A stretch of DNA of 64,000 nt, from NCBI RefSeq assembly GCF_048593235.1, contig NC_133617.1, positions 69,896,937 to 69,960,936 of the forward strand, given 5' to 3'. Every line of letters starts with the position of its first letter. Positions within the stretch are counted from its first letter, which is position 1. Shown one piece after another: positions 24,991-36,973 of this stretch. Below the pieces are notes generated by a model. That model made no database searches. It had not been told where the DNA came from and saw only the letters and a program-made list of their open reading frames with translations. Made by a program: the position numbers and the translations under genes. Source of the stretch: Sminthopsis crassicaudata (lineage: Eukaryota).

Positions 24991-26605
24991 GAGGGGGGGG
25001 TAGAAGGATTCCCCCCAAGTTTCTAACCAACTGTTGTATTCTCCCTCTATACTAATTGGGGCTTATTTTTTAGCTTTTGTTTTTCTACTTCCACCACTTA
25101 AGACTTAAGTGCTAAATACATTTTCTTGGTCAAATGAATGGATTTGGCATTTGAGCTAGGTCCTGAAGCAGAAGTAGATTTTCAACAGGTAGCTAGGAAA
25201 GGAGGGCAGACAAAAGAAACAGTATGAGCAAAGAAATATTCAGAGGGAAAAATCCCGTATGCATTTGGGATCTTCATTGAGCCAGCACTTATTAGGCATC
25301 TGGGAGATACAAGACTGAAAAATAACATTCTTCTCCTCACAGACGTTACAATCTAAGGAATGTGGAAGAGGGGAGAGTTAGTATGATATATACACAAATA
25401 ATTGTTATAAGAGATGGAATGTATAAAGAAGATAATTAAGGAAAATAATCTAAGGAATGTGAGAGGATCAGGGTAATGTTTAGCTGAAAACAGTAAAAAC
25501 TTCCAAAAGAAGGTGGCACCCAAGTAGGGTTTTCAAGGAAGAGAATATCCTGCACAGAGATGAGGAAAACACATTAAGGATGGCTATTGCCTCTCCAGAA
25601 TTAATATGGGAAGATAGGAGATACCAAGTTGAAATACTCTTGTATAGATAAAATGGAGCTTTTGGAGGGGAAGGACTGGAAAGCCTTGAATGCCACAATA
25701 AAGAGTTTGTATTTTATCCTATATAAAATGAGGAATCAACTGAAGGATTTTGGTTCAAAGACCTGACATGCTCCCTTCCAAACATGAGGAAAATTTATTT
25801 GTCAGTAATGGATTGGAGAGGGGAGAAACTGAAAACCTGAATACCAATTCAGAGACAATGTGCACAGTGGAGAGTTGACTATCTTAGTTTTGAATGTGTC
25901 AACTATTTAGGGATGACTACGGGCAAATCACTTAATCCCCAGAGTCTTGGTTTTCTCTTGTAAAAAGGTAGGATTCCATTGGCTCCCCATCAGCTCTCAA
26001 TCCTATGTTAGTAGCTGTATGTGTCTGTCCTAAGAGTGCCTACAGTCCATCTTCCAATCTCTCTTTCAGCTTCAGTTTTTCAAGGGGAGAGGAAAGGGGG
26101 AAATCCAATTGAGATTGGACTTCCTATTTTTGGCCACGAGGAGGCAGCATGAGACAAGACCTAGAGACTCCAGCTGCAGGGGATGAGGCTTCCCCACCCT
26201 GATCATCCTAGAATACGCTGGGGGGGAGGGGGGGAAGGGGAAATAGAACTCTGAGCACCGGGCAGCCCAGAAAAGAAGGATATGAACTGATCTGTCCCTT
26301 CCTCCTCCTCCCACGACTGTGGTCCCAGGGAACAAACTGGGCAAGGGCAGCAGATAAGGGGCTGCCAATTGCCTCCTAAGTAACAAGAGCCAGATTCCAA
26401 AGGGCTCCTCCCGTAGCTTTCCCAGGCCCTGATGCTCTCCCCCACGCCCCGCATCCCACCACCTCCTCGGGTTAGCTAGAATTAGACCTACCAGAAATGT
26501 TTTGGTTGCTCTTCCCCCCCCCCCCCCACACCTTCTTAGGCAAGGTAACACAAAGTCGCTGAAGAATGAAGAGCTACAGACAAACAACCCTTGAAAGAAG
26601 GGGTG

Positions 26606-26611
26606 TTTATT
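26606..26611 (-). terminator. MISP3: MISP3 polyadenylation signal
   Basis: AATAAA on the minus strand (plus TTTATT) about 370 nt after the stop. Confidence 0.7.
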
Positions 26612-26980
26612 AATGGCACAGTGAGCAGAGAAAGTTGAAGAAGGTTCCCTCTCCCCCAGCCATGTAACAGTGAGAGGCCTGGGTATGGGCTGGTCAGTTT
26701 CCCAGAGAGGGCAGGGAAGGAAGGCATTCTGTCTCCCTCCAGGGTGGGTTAGGAGGCCACAGCAGCATTGAGACCAGGTGGATTGTCAAGAGCCCCCAGT
26801 CAGCTTTAGGGGAAAGGTGGTGATGTAACCAATCAGAACTCCCAGTCAGAGTTAGTGAGGGAAGTATTTAAGGGGGATGTAACCAATTAAGGCTCCCTAG
26901 CCAGGGCTAGTGGAGGAGAAGGTGTAACCAATTAAGGCTCTTCAGTCCAGGTTAATGAGGGAGAAGGGACAGGTGACCAG

Positions 26981-26989
26981 TTACTCCTC
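26981..26989 (-). CDS. MISP3: MISP3 last coding exon (EE*)
   Basis: Minus strand ccctcagccag|GAG GAG TAA. Phase 0 fits the previous exon. Human ends ...GLEQEERKP as I recall. Confidence 0.6.
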   Translation of the reverse strand, partial: EE

Positions 26990-27948
26990 CTGGCTGAGGG
27001 GCTCCCCAGTGTGGATCAAGATCTTCTTCCCTTTATTAACGGACCAGGCACTACCACGGTAATCCTATGAAGGAAAGGGAACAACAGAGGGTGAGTGCAG
27101 GGAGCAGGAAAAAACAGACAAGCTCCTAAACCAGAGATCTGAGCTTCCTTTCCAGAGCTGAAAGAGACCTTCAATGTCATCCAGTAGTATAACTCCTTCA
27201 TTTCACAGGGATGAACCTCCAGTGCAGCTACTTAGCCAGTTTACACAGTGAACAGAGAGCACAATTAGCACCCAGGATCTCTAACTCCAAGCCCAACATC
27301 TTTTCCAGAGCATCTCATATCTAGACCTTGTATGGGGGATGGGGAAGGGATGACTGGCAGTGGACTTAAACTCTTAAAGTGCCTTCTAGCTCTAATAATT
27401 TTTTTCTAAATCATATGTGTGAGGTATAGTGGGAATATTTGCTCTGGTATAAGAAGAAACTGTTTCTAATCCCATCTTTGACACCTATTAGCTGTGTGAT
27501 CTTGGACTAATCATTTAACCCCTCCTCTCCCCTTCCTTCCCCCCAGGCTTCGGTTTACTTCTCTGTAAAATGAGAGGGTTGTACTAGATGGCCTCTGCAG
27601 TCCCTTCCAGGTCTATATCTATGATCTTATTCTCCCACCCACTTTTTTTTTTTTAACTGATGGGAAAGCCCAGAGAAATGTGAAAGTGAAGGGATTATCT
27701 ATTTCTAGACCCCAATGGGAATGAGTCGCAAAGCCAGTACTGGAACACCGGCTCCAGACTGGTGTTTCCGCTTCACTGAGTATCCAAATGGACAGTGCCT
27801 AGGAGAGCAACGGGCCCAGCCTGAGGTCCCATGAATTTAGTTTCCTTCCCGGATCTGGAGTCTCTTAGAGTGGGGGGAGAGAAGCTGCTCGTGTATGGTC
27901 AGTACTTGGAACATGGATAGATTTCTGAATGTTGAAGACATTTCTCAC

Positions 27949-28019
27949 CTGCTCTAGGCCGTTTTCCGAGTTCCGTCGAGGGGGCCATACCACTGAAAGC
28001 TTTCCAGAAGGTGTGCTCT
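27949..28019 (-). CDS. MISP3: MISP3 coding exon 2
   Basis: ttccttgcag|AGAGCACA...GAGCAG|gtgag, 71 bp, ESTPSGKLSVVWPPRRNSENGLEQ (family motif GKLxVxWPPRR). Confidence 0.9.
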
Positions 28020-28327
28020 CTGCAAGGAAAGGGGGCAAATAAAGTAATGGGGAGCAGCCTCTCCGCCGTCTCACTTCGGTGATTTTCCTGTTTTGTGGCC
28101 CAGAAACGTTCCTCCTCCCCCAGCCTGGCGCCCGGGGCCATAGTAGTCCACGCCCTACTAAATGTAAATAGAAGCTAGAGGCCTATTCAGGTCCTCTCCT
28201 ACCCGATTCCCTTGGCACGGATTCCCTTAGTCCGTAAAGGGGGAGTGGGATTGGGGGTTCGAAGGCGGAAGATCTGAAACTCGCCCAGGGAAGCCCGAGA
28301 GGGGAGGGGGAGGACCCGGCATCTTAC

Positions 28328-29270
28328 CGGTGAGACTCGGGGTCGGCTCCTTGAACTCTGAGGTCCCATAGATGCTGCGCCTCTGGCGCTGTAGCTCCCG
28401 CTCCCTCTGGTGAACTTCTTGAACCTCCTGCTCTAGCAGCGACAACTGGACTCGACGGGTCGGAGTCTGAGCCGTAGCGGGGGCGGGGGTGGTTGTGGGG
28501 GCCGGGGCCAAAGCTAGATCTGGGGCCGAGGACACAATTGGGACCGGCACCGGAGACCGAGCACCTGGAGCTGCTGCCGAAGTGTGAGCTGGAATCGGTG
28601 CGCTCACTGCAGAGGCTGAAGCCGGGGCCGGGGCACGTGGGGCCGGGGCCAGGGCAGGAGCCGGGGCTGGGGCAGGGGCAGGAGCCGGGGCTGGAGCTGG
28701 GGCTAGGGCCAGGTCTGGCGTCCGGGCAACTACTGGAGCCGGGTTTCCGGCCGATGCCGCTGCTGGAACGGGAGCTGGAATAGGAGCCTGAGCTAGAACT
28801 GGTGGCCGAAGCCGGCTGCGATGCTCCAGAACCACCACATGGGCGGCGCCACTGGCCTCGGTGAACGAAGGGCCCCGGCCCACCGTCTCTACCCGAGAAG
28901 GAGCGCCCCCAGCCTCAAAAACCAGCTTGCGCTGGCTCAGCGACTGCGGCCCCTGGCCGCTCTCCTGGCCACTGCAGGGCCCCGAGCCCAGGCGCACCAG
29001 CGCCTCCTCCCGGCGGGCTTCCCGCGCGATGTCGCGCTGCATCTGGGCGCCTGCTCGAGCGCGCTCCACGTCCCGGGGCAGTCCAGGCCCCGGTCCCGGC
29101 AGCAAGCTAAGGATGGGCCGGAGGCGCAGCTCCACCAGCTCCCCGCTGGCGAAGCTAGGACTCAAACCCCGGCTCCGTCGCAGACTCGCCTCGCGCTCCT
29201 GGCTCTGACGGATCTCCCGCTCAATTGGGGTCTCGGCGGCAGTCGCGGCGGCAGCCGCGGGGGTCTCCAT
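28328..29270 (-). CDS. MISP3: MISP3 main coding exon, in a CpG island; alternative in-frame ATG at 29318
   Basis: MET...ETPIEREIRQSQEREASLRRSRGLSP...SLLEQEVQEVHQRERELQRQRRSIYGTSEFKEPTPSLT|gtaag. Confidence 0.9.
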
Positions 29271-29670
29271 GCCCAGCTCTGCGGCCGTGCCAGCGGTGGG
29301 CCGCGAGTTCTGAGACATTGAGAGCTACTGACCGTCGGCCCCGCCCGGCTCTCCTCTCCGGCCCGCCCCTGGCCTCCGGGAACTGCCCCTCCTCGCCCCG
29401 GGGGCAGGCCAGGCCCCGCCCCCTGCACCTGCCTGGACCTCGGCCCCGCCCCGAACGGCCCCCGACACAGCCGCCGCTGCCGCAATTGCAGCCCTCGAGT
29501 TCCTCCAGAGGCCCCGGGCACAGAGTTTAGCTCTTTGCCCTGTGCTGGGACACCCTCTTCTGCCCCTGGGCCCTCTGTCGGAATATAGTCTGTGAAACTG
29601 AGCCGGGCGATAATCCGATTGATACCACCTAGAAGAAGTTCCTTGACTTCTGTGGCCTTGGGCTGGGTAA

Positions 29671-29756
29671 GGGGCATTCTAGGGTGACATTCCAGAATGA
29701 AAAGAACCTTGAGGGGGCATTCTAGGGTGACATTCCAGAATGAAAAGAACCTTGAG
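29671..29756. repeat. Perfect 43-bp tandem duplication with TEAD/M-CAT-like sites
   Basis: GGGGCATTCTAGGGTGACATTCCAGAATGAAAAGAACCTTGAG at 29671-29713 and 29714-29756. Confidence 0.95.
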
Positions 29757-31179
29757 AGCGCTCTCCCCAGGAAACATGCTATCCGATGCCCCCTGGGTTA
29801 GCACATGACTCCAAGTCCACCTTCCCCACACTACTCTGAATGATCATACCCTTTTCAGCTCAGTCCTCACTTTCTTGCAATTGTCCAGACTGTGTTTTAG
29901 CTCTATGTCCCTGGACAAGATCCTTAGTGTCACCCGAACCTGTCCCACAATCCAAGGATCCTAATTCAGCCCTGGGATGGGATCTGCCACTACTCTAAGG
30001 ATTCCGCCTTCCTCCAAAGCCTCTGGAGGCCAACCCCACCCCAGGGGTATTTAAATCCCTATTTCTCTCCTCTCACCCTCCCCTTCCCTAAGAGCGGAAT
30101 TCCCAGTTTGCAAACGGAACTCTAATCTCTGAGCTCTACTCCAAGATAAACACCCCTACCCCATCCCACAGTTCGGTAATCATCTGGCACTTCTCATCCC
30201 CACCTGCAGAGGGATAACTACCCTCAAGCCTGTCTGGTCCTCCCTTGGGGAGAATTCCTGGGCAGCTTCGAGAGTGTGGAAGACCGTATCTAAGCCATCT
30301 TCTACTGCTTCTTCTATAGACTCTGCAGCCTCTGCTTCCTCCTGCTGGAGACCAACTGGGACTCTGGGAGCTGACATTTTCAGCTTCGACATTCCAAGTT
30401 ACAGAAGCTGCTGAGTCGTCTCCTCCACCATAGTGGAAACATTAGAGAATGAAACATTTTCCTTCTCTCCCATCGAATCTGTCCTCGGCAGGTGGACTGT
30501 GGGCAACTGTATATTGTAGTCGACTTTGGACCATTGAGATCCAGATGTAGAAAGTAAGTCTGCTCCAGGTTGTTTGTCGAAGATCGAGCCTTCTAAGGCT
30601 TTCTAAGGAAAAGAGAGACTGGAGTGACACCTACTGTTCTGAGTTTTTCTACCTAGTTTTCTCCCTGAACCTTTCACCATATCTACTTCTGTCTCTTAGC
30701 CCATCATCTTCGCTTTCTCTATTTGCATTTTTTGTTTTCTTCTCTGTCCTTTTATTTTTCCATACTCTGTTTAGGTGATTCTACACCCACACTTGTATCT
30801 CTGTATTTCTTTCTTCTATTTTCTATCACCAATTTCAGTTCTGTGTCTCTCTGTCTTATGCAGAGACCACCCCCACTCCCACCCTACCTCTTAATCAGTC
30901 ACTCACTATATGTCGATTTGTCTTTGCTTCTGTCTCCTTGTCTATCTATTTCTGTTTTTTGGGGTTCCTGGCTCTCTGTCTTTTTTATTTCCAAATTCAT
31001 GTTCTTTAATTTATTTTTTGGTTATACATTAATTTTTTGCACAAAGTTTCTTATGAATCATGTTGGGAAAGAAAAATCAGAACAAAAGGGGAAAACCACG
31101 AGAGGAAAATAAAACAGAAGAAAAAGAAAAAAGAAAGTGAATAATGTTAATTTAATAATTTATTTTCAGTCTGGATTTT

Positions 31180-31800
31180 AATATCTATTGCCTCTGAAGA
31201 AAAGCTATGGCAAATCTAAAAAGCATAATATAGCAACTTAAAAAGTGGAGATATTGGGGCAGCTAGGTGGCGCAGTGGATAGAGTACCAGCCCTGAAATC
31301 AGGAGGACACGAGTTCAAATCTGGTCTTAGACATTTAACACTTCCTAGCTATGTGACCCTGGGCAAGTCACTTAACCCCAGCCTCAGGGGAAAAAAAAAC
31401 ATGGAGAATATCACCTTGCCAACAAAGATCCATATAATCAAAACTATGGTTTTTCCAGTAGCAATGTATGGCTGTGAGGAAAAAAGAAAAGCTGAGCACC
31501 ACAGAATTGTGGTGCTGGAGAAGTTTTCTGAAAATCCTTAGATGTCAAAGAGACAAATTAGTCAATGCCTACAGAAATTAATTCAGGCTATTCACTGACA
31601 GGTCAGATACTAAAGCTAACGTTTAAATTTTACTTTGGCCACAGTGAGAAGATGGAACTCATTGGAAAAGACCATAGAACTGGGGAAAATTGAAGGTGAA
31701 AGGAAAGGGAGATGGATAGTTATGAAAACAAGAAACATGAAATTGGACATGAACTTTGAGAGGTAGTGATATGTGATGGTTCAGGGGGGTCACAAAGACT
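31180..31800 (+). mobile_element. RTE/BovB-like LINE 3' remnant interrupted by a SINE (31256-31399)
   Basis: Translates as ITLPTKIHIIKTMVFPVAMYGCE, resembling the BovB RT C-terminus ITLPTKVRLVKAMVFPVVMYGCE. Confidence 0.75.
31256..31399 (+). mobile_element. Marsupial tRNA-derived SINE
   Basis: GGGGCAGCTAGGTGGCGCAGTGGATAGAG...GAGTTCAAAT... plus A tail. Confidence 0.9.
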
Positions 31801-34785
31801 TGAACATGACTGAGCAATAATCTGCCTTTGTGTCTTTCACTCTTTAACTTTGTTTCTGCTTTTGCCTTGGTCTCTTTCTCTGTTTCTTTGCTTGCCTTTA
31901 TATTCCTCCAGTTTCTGTTATGTTTCTGTCTCTATTGCTATTCTCTTTCTCCATCTATCTCTGTTCTGTCTGTCTGTATGTGTTTCTATCTCTTGGTCAG
32001 TCTGTCTATCGGCCTGCGCTATGTGTGAGTCTTTGCTCTGTTTTATTTTCTTCCTCATTTAGGTGGCTACATCCTGTTTTCCAAAATTCTATTTTTGCAG
32101 CCTTTATCCTTAAGAACTCAGAAGTCCTAGAACCCAGCCTCTATCTCTCTTGTTAATTTTTATGAATAAGCAGAAGGCAAATGAAAATCCTTGAGGAACA
32201 GGGGGTCTATGTTCTATAGTTTTCTGTGGCTGAAGGGTAGCTGGGTCCCCTTACCTTCCTTCTGCACAAATTTTTAATACCTTTCAGTTGGTGTATAGCA
32301 CTCCAAGTGGCAATCTGCAGTAACTGCTGCTCCTCTTTTGTCCCTGGTATTCAGTCCTGACTTATTTTTTATCCCTGAGTCCCAGGAATTGTTTTTTTTC
32401 TTAGGCCTTTTATCCAAAAAAACTTTTATTGTCTCTTCTCCCATAGAATCTTTTTTATTCCCTTCTCCTGATTTACTCTTCTCCCAGCATCCCTCCTTCT
32501 TAAATCATTCCAGTTATTAACTGCTACTTCCTTGCCTATCCTTAGTTTTGCAAAAGAAAGTGGGGCCCAGTTTGAAGCCAGAACATTTATTTCAATCCCA
32601 GCTTTGCCACTAAAAACTTTATAAGTTAAGGTGACTCATTTCCCCCTCCAAATCTCAGTTTATCTTCTGTAAAATGAATACAATGATTCATCAAACTGTG
32701 TCTTTGTATTTTTGTGAGGAAAGTATACTAGAAATGGGTGTGATCACCTCTGTGACATCCAGTAGGTTGATTACTCACCCCTGACTCATTTTCTTCATCT
32801 GTAAAATGGCAAAACTGTACTAGATCATCTCAGGGTCTCTTCTAGTGCTAAATCTTACACCTATAAATCCCATTCCTCTTCAAATCAGTTCTCATGTCCC
32901 TTTTAGATCTTCTATAATCCAAATGAAACATCTCCAATTCCTTCAACTGATCTCCTTATAAGATGATCATCCTAACTTTCTGGGCATCTTCCAATTTGTC
33001 TTTTTTCCTTCCTAAAATGGGGAGACTATATATAAGCAAAAAATTCCAGGCACAATCCCCACTAGGACCTCCTTTAAAAGATCAGTGTTCCTACATGTAG
33101 GCTTACCTTGGGAACATTACCAAAACTCTGACCCAGATGAGATGGAGAGGAGCCAGGTGGGCAAACTACAGGGATTTGATATAGTGAAGCCTGCTGGATT
33201 CTGGAGAGACTATTATTAAGTTTCCAGTATGAGCATTTGCACCTCAGACATCAGCAACTCCTACAAACTGGGTCTTGATATGTTGTTTTGTTCTTTCTTT
33301 AGACTTAAGAAAGTAATTTTTAATATGTTAATAATGCAAATTAAAATATCATATATACTTCTCACCTCCAAGAGTGAATTATTAGACATTTACCACTTCA
33401 TGGAAAGAATACATTAAATTCCTCCTTTTTCTCAAAAGGATACACTTCCTCCTTCTTCTCCTCTATTTAACAAATTCAGGTTCTTCTTAGTATTAGTCAG
33501 CCAACAAACTTCTCCCATCAGAAGGGATGGATGAGAACAATTTGTTCAAACACCTATGAAGGCAACTGAAGTAACCTCTATGGAGTACTTAAAGGTTGAT
33601 TAAACATTGAAGGCACCAAATCATCCACTGCATCCCAGGCCATCATCAGACCGCTTAACTTTTGTCCTGCCACTGGATTTTGATGACTAGAAGAAAGAAG
33701 GGGCTAATAATTTAGTGTTATTTTACATCACTTAAATCCAATTCATATGCAAGCCAGGACATCACCCAACAGCCATCATTTTACTCTAGTGTTGTGATGT
33801 CATTTTTCCTTTTTGAAAAATGAAGGGTGAACAACCATGTGCAAAGCTCTTTGCTAAGTGCCTGTGCTACTCAATCTCATCGGCCACTACCGCCACCACC
33901 TCCAAGTAGTCTTCTTTGATTCCTCTTCCATCCACCCAGAGGTATCTCTTTTCTTTGAGCTTCTATAGCCTGGACTGTCTGCTCACCATTTAAACATTTT
34001 GAGTCATAGACTTGAAGGTTCAAGGGACCTCAGATATAATCTAGTCCAATCATCCCATTACTACAGATTATTGCAAACTTAAGCCCAGACAAGAGAAATG
34101 ACCTTTCCAAGATCACATGGGTAGTAAGAAAGAGAGTCAGGGTTTAAATTTGGATCGTCATCTTTTCATTGCACTACAGGAATTCCCCAGTGCCTGATAT
34201 TGTTAATCATTTATCCTGTGTGAGTCTCCTCTCCTTAGTAAGAGATGAAAGACCTTGGAGGGAAGGGTTCCTGCTTTTAGACTCAACTCTTTGGTAACTG
34301 GAATGTTGTAGTTAGAATGAATTGAATGAATGAATGAAATGGGGAGGAGGTGCTGGATGAGAAGGTCATCTGGTTCAACCCCTACCTTTTACAGATGAGA
34401 GTACTAAGTCCCCAAAAGAGAAATTTATTTGCCCAACACAGGTATTTGTTAAATAATAATAGCTCATATTTCTATTGAAATGATAATAGCAATAATTTGA
34501 TTGTACTTTAAGTTTGGAGTTTATTTTTTGATCCACACTTTATTTTTAATTTATTATTTTAAAAATTAATTTGTAATGAATGATTTAATTGGTCTAAAGG
34601 ACTTCCAAATTAGGAATTACTATGTGCTGAACACTTTAAAAGTATTATATCATTTTGATCCTCACAACAACTCAGGGAAGTAGGTGCTATTATAATCCCC
34701 ATTTTGCAGATAAAGAAACTGAGGCAAACAGACTTTAAGATACTTGCCCAGAGTCACACAGTCAGAAAGTATCTGGGTAGGATTT

Positions 34786-35610
34786 TTTAAAATTAATTTT
34801 TATAATTATAACATTTTTTGACAGTACACATGCATAGGTAATTTGTTTTTTTTACATTATCCCTTGTACTCCCTTCTGTTCCGAATTTTTCCCCTCCTTC
34901 CCCCACTCCCTCCCCTAGATGGCAGGCATTCCCATACATATTAAATATCTTATAGTGTATCTTAGGTACAATATGTTTGTGCAGAACCGAATTTTGTTGT
35001 TGTTGCAAAGGAAGGTTGTATTAGGAAGATAAAAATAATCTGGGAAGAAAAACAAAACAAGAAAATGCTCACAGTTTACACTCATTTCCCAGTGTTCCTT
35101 TTCTGGATGTAGCTGATTCTATCATTGATCAATTGGAATTGGATTAGCTCTTCTCTATGTTGAAGATATCCACTTCCATCAGAATACATCCTTATACAGT
35201 ATCATTGTTGAAGTGTATAATGATCCCCTAGTTCTGCTCATTTCACTCAGCATCAGTTGATGTCTCTCCAAGCCTCTCTGTATTCCTCCTGCTGGTCATT
35301 TCTTACAGAACAATAATATTCCATAACATTCATATACCATAATTTACCCAACCATTCTCCACTTGATGGACATCCACTGAATTTCCATTTTCTAGCCACT
35401 ACAAAAAGGGCTGCCACAAACATTTTGGCACATACAGGTCCCTTTCCCTTCTTTAGTATTTCCTTGGGATATAAGCCCAGTAGTAGCACTGCTGGGTCAA
35501 AGGGTATGCACATTTTGATAACTTTTTGGGCATAATTCCAGATTGCTCTCCGGAATGGTTGGATTCTTTCACAACTCCACCAACAATGCATCAGTGTCCC
35601 AGTTTTCCTG
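34786..35610 (-). mobile_element. 5'-truncated L1 (ORF2 C-terminus plus 3' UTR) inserted into an older MIR/MAR-like SINE
   Basis: Minus frame reads CWWSCERIQPFRRAIWNY...PFDPAVLLLGLYPKE...KMFVAALFVVA. TSD GGGTAGGATTT at 34775-34785 and 35611-35621. Confidence 0.92.
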
Positions 35611-36154
35611 GGGTAGGATTTGAACTAATGCAGATCAGATGGGCTAATATTCTTTAATCTTAGAGAATGATGTGGGGTCCTGAAGAAGTCAAATAGAATG
35701 TGTCTTAGATAGCAGCTGAACTTTTTTACTTTCTGATCCTGAGTCCAGTCTCTGATCATGACACAATATTGCCTCTCAGACTCTAAGCTTTACAAGTCAC
35801 TTTTGTCACTACCACCCTTAGAGATGGATGGCACTATCACTCTTATTCCCATGGACTTGTCCATGGTCATAATCAATAATCAGAGCCTGCCAAGACCAAG
35901 TCTTTTGATTCTCAGTCCTTTCCTCTACTGATTCACAACCTTCAAAAGTTTTGGAGGTGGGGGGACAGGTCCCATTCCTCTCAAACTGTTCCCCTCTGTT
36001 TCTCCAGTATGAAACTAGGATTCCACCAGTAGATTGGTCCTCAGCCTTCCTAGGCTAATCCAACCCCACTCTGACTTTCCTCTCTATCCTGTCCCACAGC
36101 TCAAGAAGAAGGAAGGGGGATCCTGGAAATAGAGACCTATGGCAATGGTTAGAA

Positions 36155-36270
36155 CACTACTGCCACTACAACTACCACCACCATTACTACAACTACTACT
36201 ATCATTACTACCACTGCTACTGCTATTATCACTACTACCATTGTTACCACCACTATTACTCCTACTACCA
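36155..36270. repeat. Degenerate (ACT/ACC)n trinucleotide tract
   Basis: actactgccactacaactaccaccaccattactacaactactact... Confidence 0.9.
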
Positions 36271-36401
36271 GCTAACATTTACATAGCACCTATTATCTGC
36301 CAACTTTTGTATTATCTTATTTGAGACTCCATTTTATAGATGAGTAAACTGAGGCTCTAAGGAGGTTAAGTGGGCATGTCCAGGGTCACACAGCTAATAC
36401 A

Positions 36402-36543
36402 TTGTTTGCTGAGGCAAGTGGGGTTAGTGACTTGCCCAGGGTCACACAGCTAGGAAGTGTTAAGTGTCTGAGGACAGATTTGAACTCGGATCCTCCTGAC
36501 TTCAGGGCTGGGGCTCTATCTGCTATACCACCTAGCTGCCCCT
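36402..36543 (-). mobile_element. Marsupial tRNA-derived SINE nested in an older SINE
   Basis: Reverse complement of the same SINE family, with the head ending ...CCACCTAGCTGCCCC. Confidence 0.88.
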
Positions 36544-36600
36544 AGTTAGTACATTTTTGAGGCTAGATATGAACTCAGGTCTCCCTGACTCCACTATCTA

Positions 36601-36620
36601 CTGTGCCACCTAGTGGCCAC
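36601..36620 (-). promoter_or_regulatory. CTCF core motif inside a SINE head
   Basis: Minus strand TGGCCACTAGGTGGCAC, close to the CTCF consensus TGGCCACYAGRKGGCRC. Confidence 0.6.
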
Positions 36621-36973
36621 TTAGATTTATCTCCCCCAGGTTTTGGGACCTTGGGTCCCTCTCTGGGCCTCAGTGCCCTCAATAGCCCAAATGAAAGGAT
36701 TAAATTAAATTAAGCTTTAAGTCCTATCTTTTCAGAGTTGTTGTCTGCTGCTATCCCTAAAAATGCACAAAGAGTCAGGCTTTAATGGCCAATTTTCCCC
36801 CTTCCTTATTAAATTAAGTGTTATTCTTTTCTTTAATAAGCATTTCTTTTTTTCTCTTTCCCAACTCTCTTCCTGGGAGGAAAAATAAATAGAAAAACAA
36901 AAACTTTATAACAAATATGCATAATGCCAACAAATCCCATATTGGCTATGAACAGACATGTGTGTCTCATTTT

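Noticed and set aside
27742-27769. Small hairpin GGAACACCGG-CTCCAGA-CTGGTGTTTCC in MISP3 intron 2
   Set aside because: Too short for a pre-miRNA, no snoRNA boxes, plausible by chance.
36084-36324. Ser/Gly-rich and Leu-rich ORFs
   Set aside because: Products of the trinucleotide tract.
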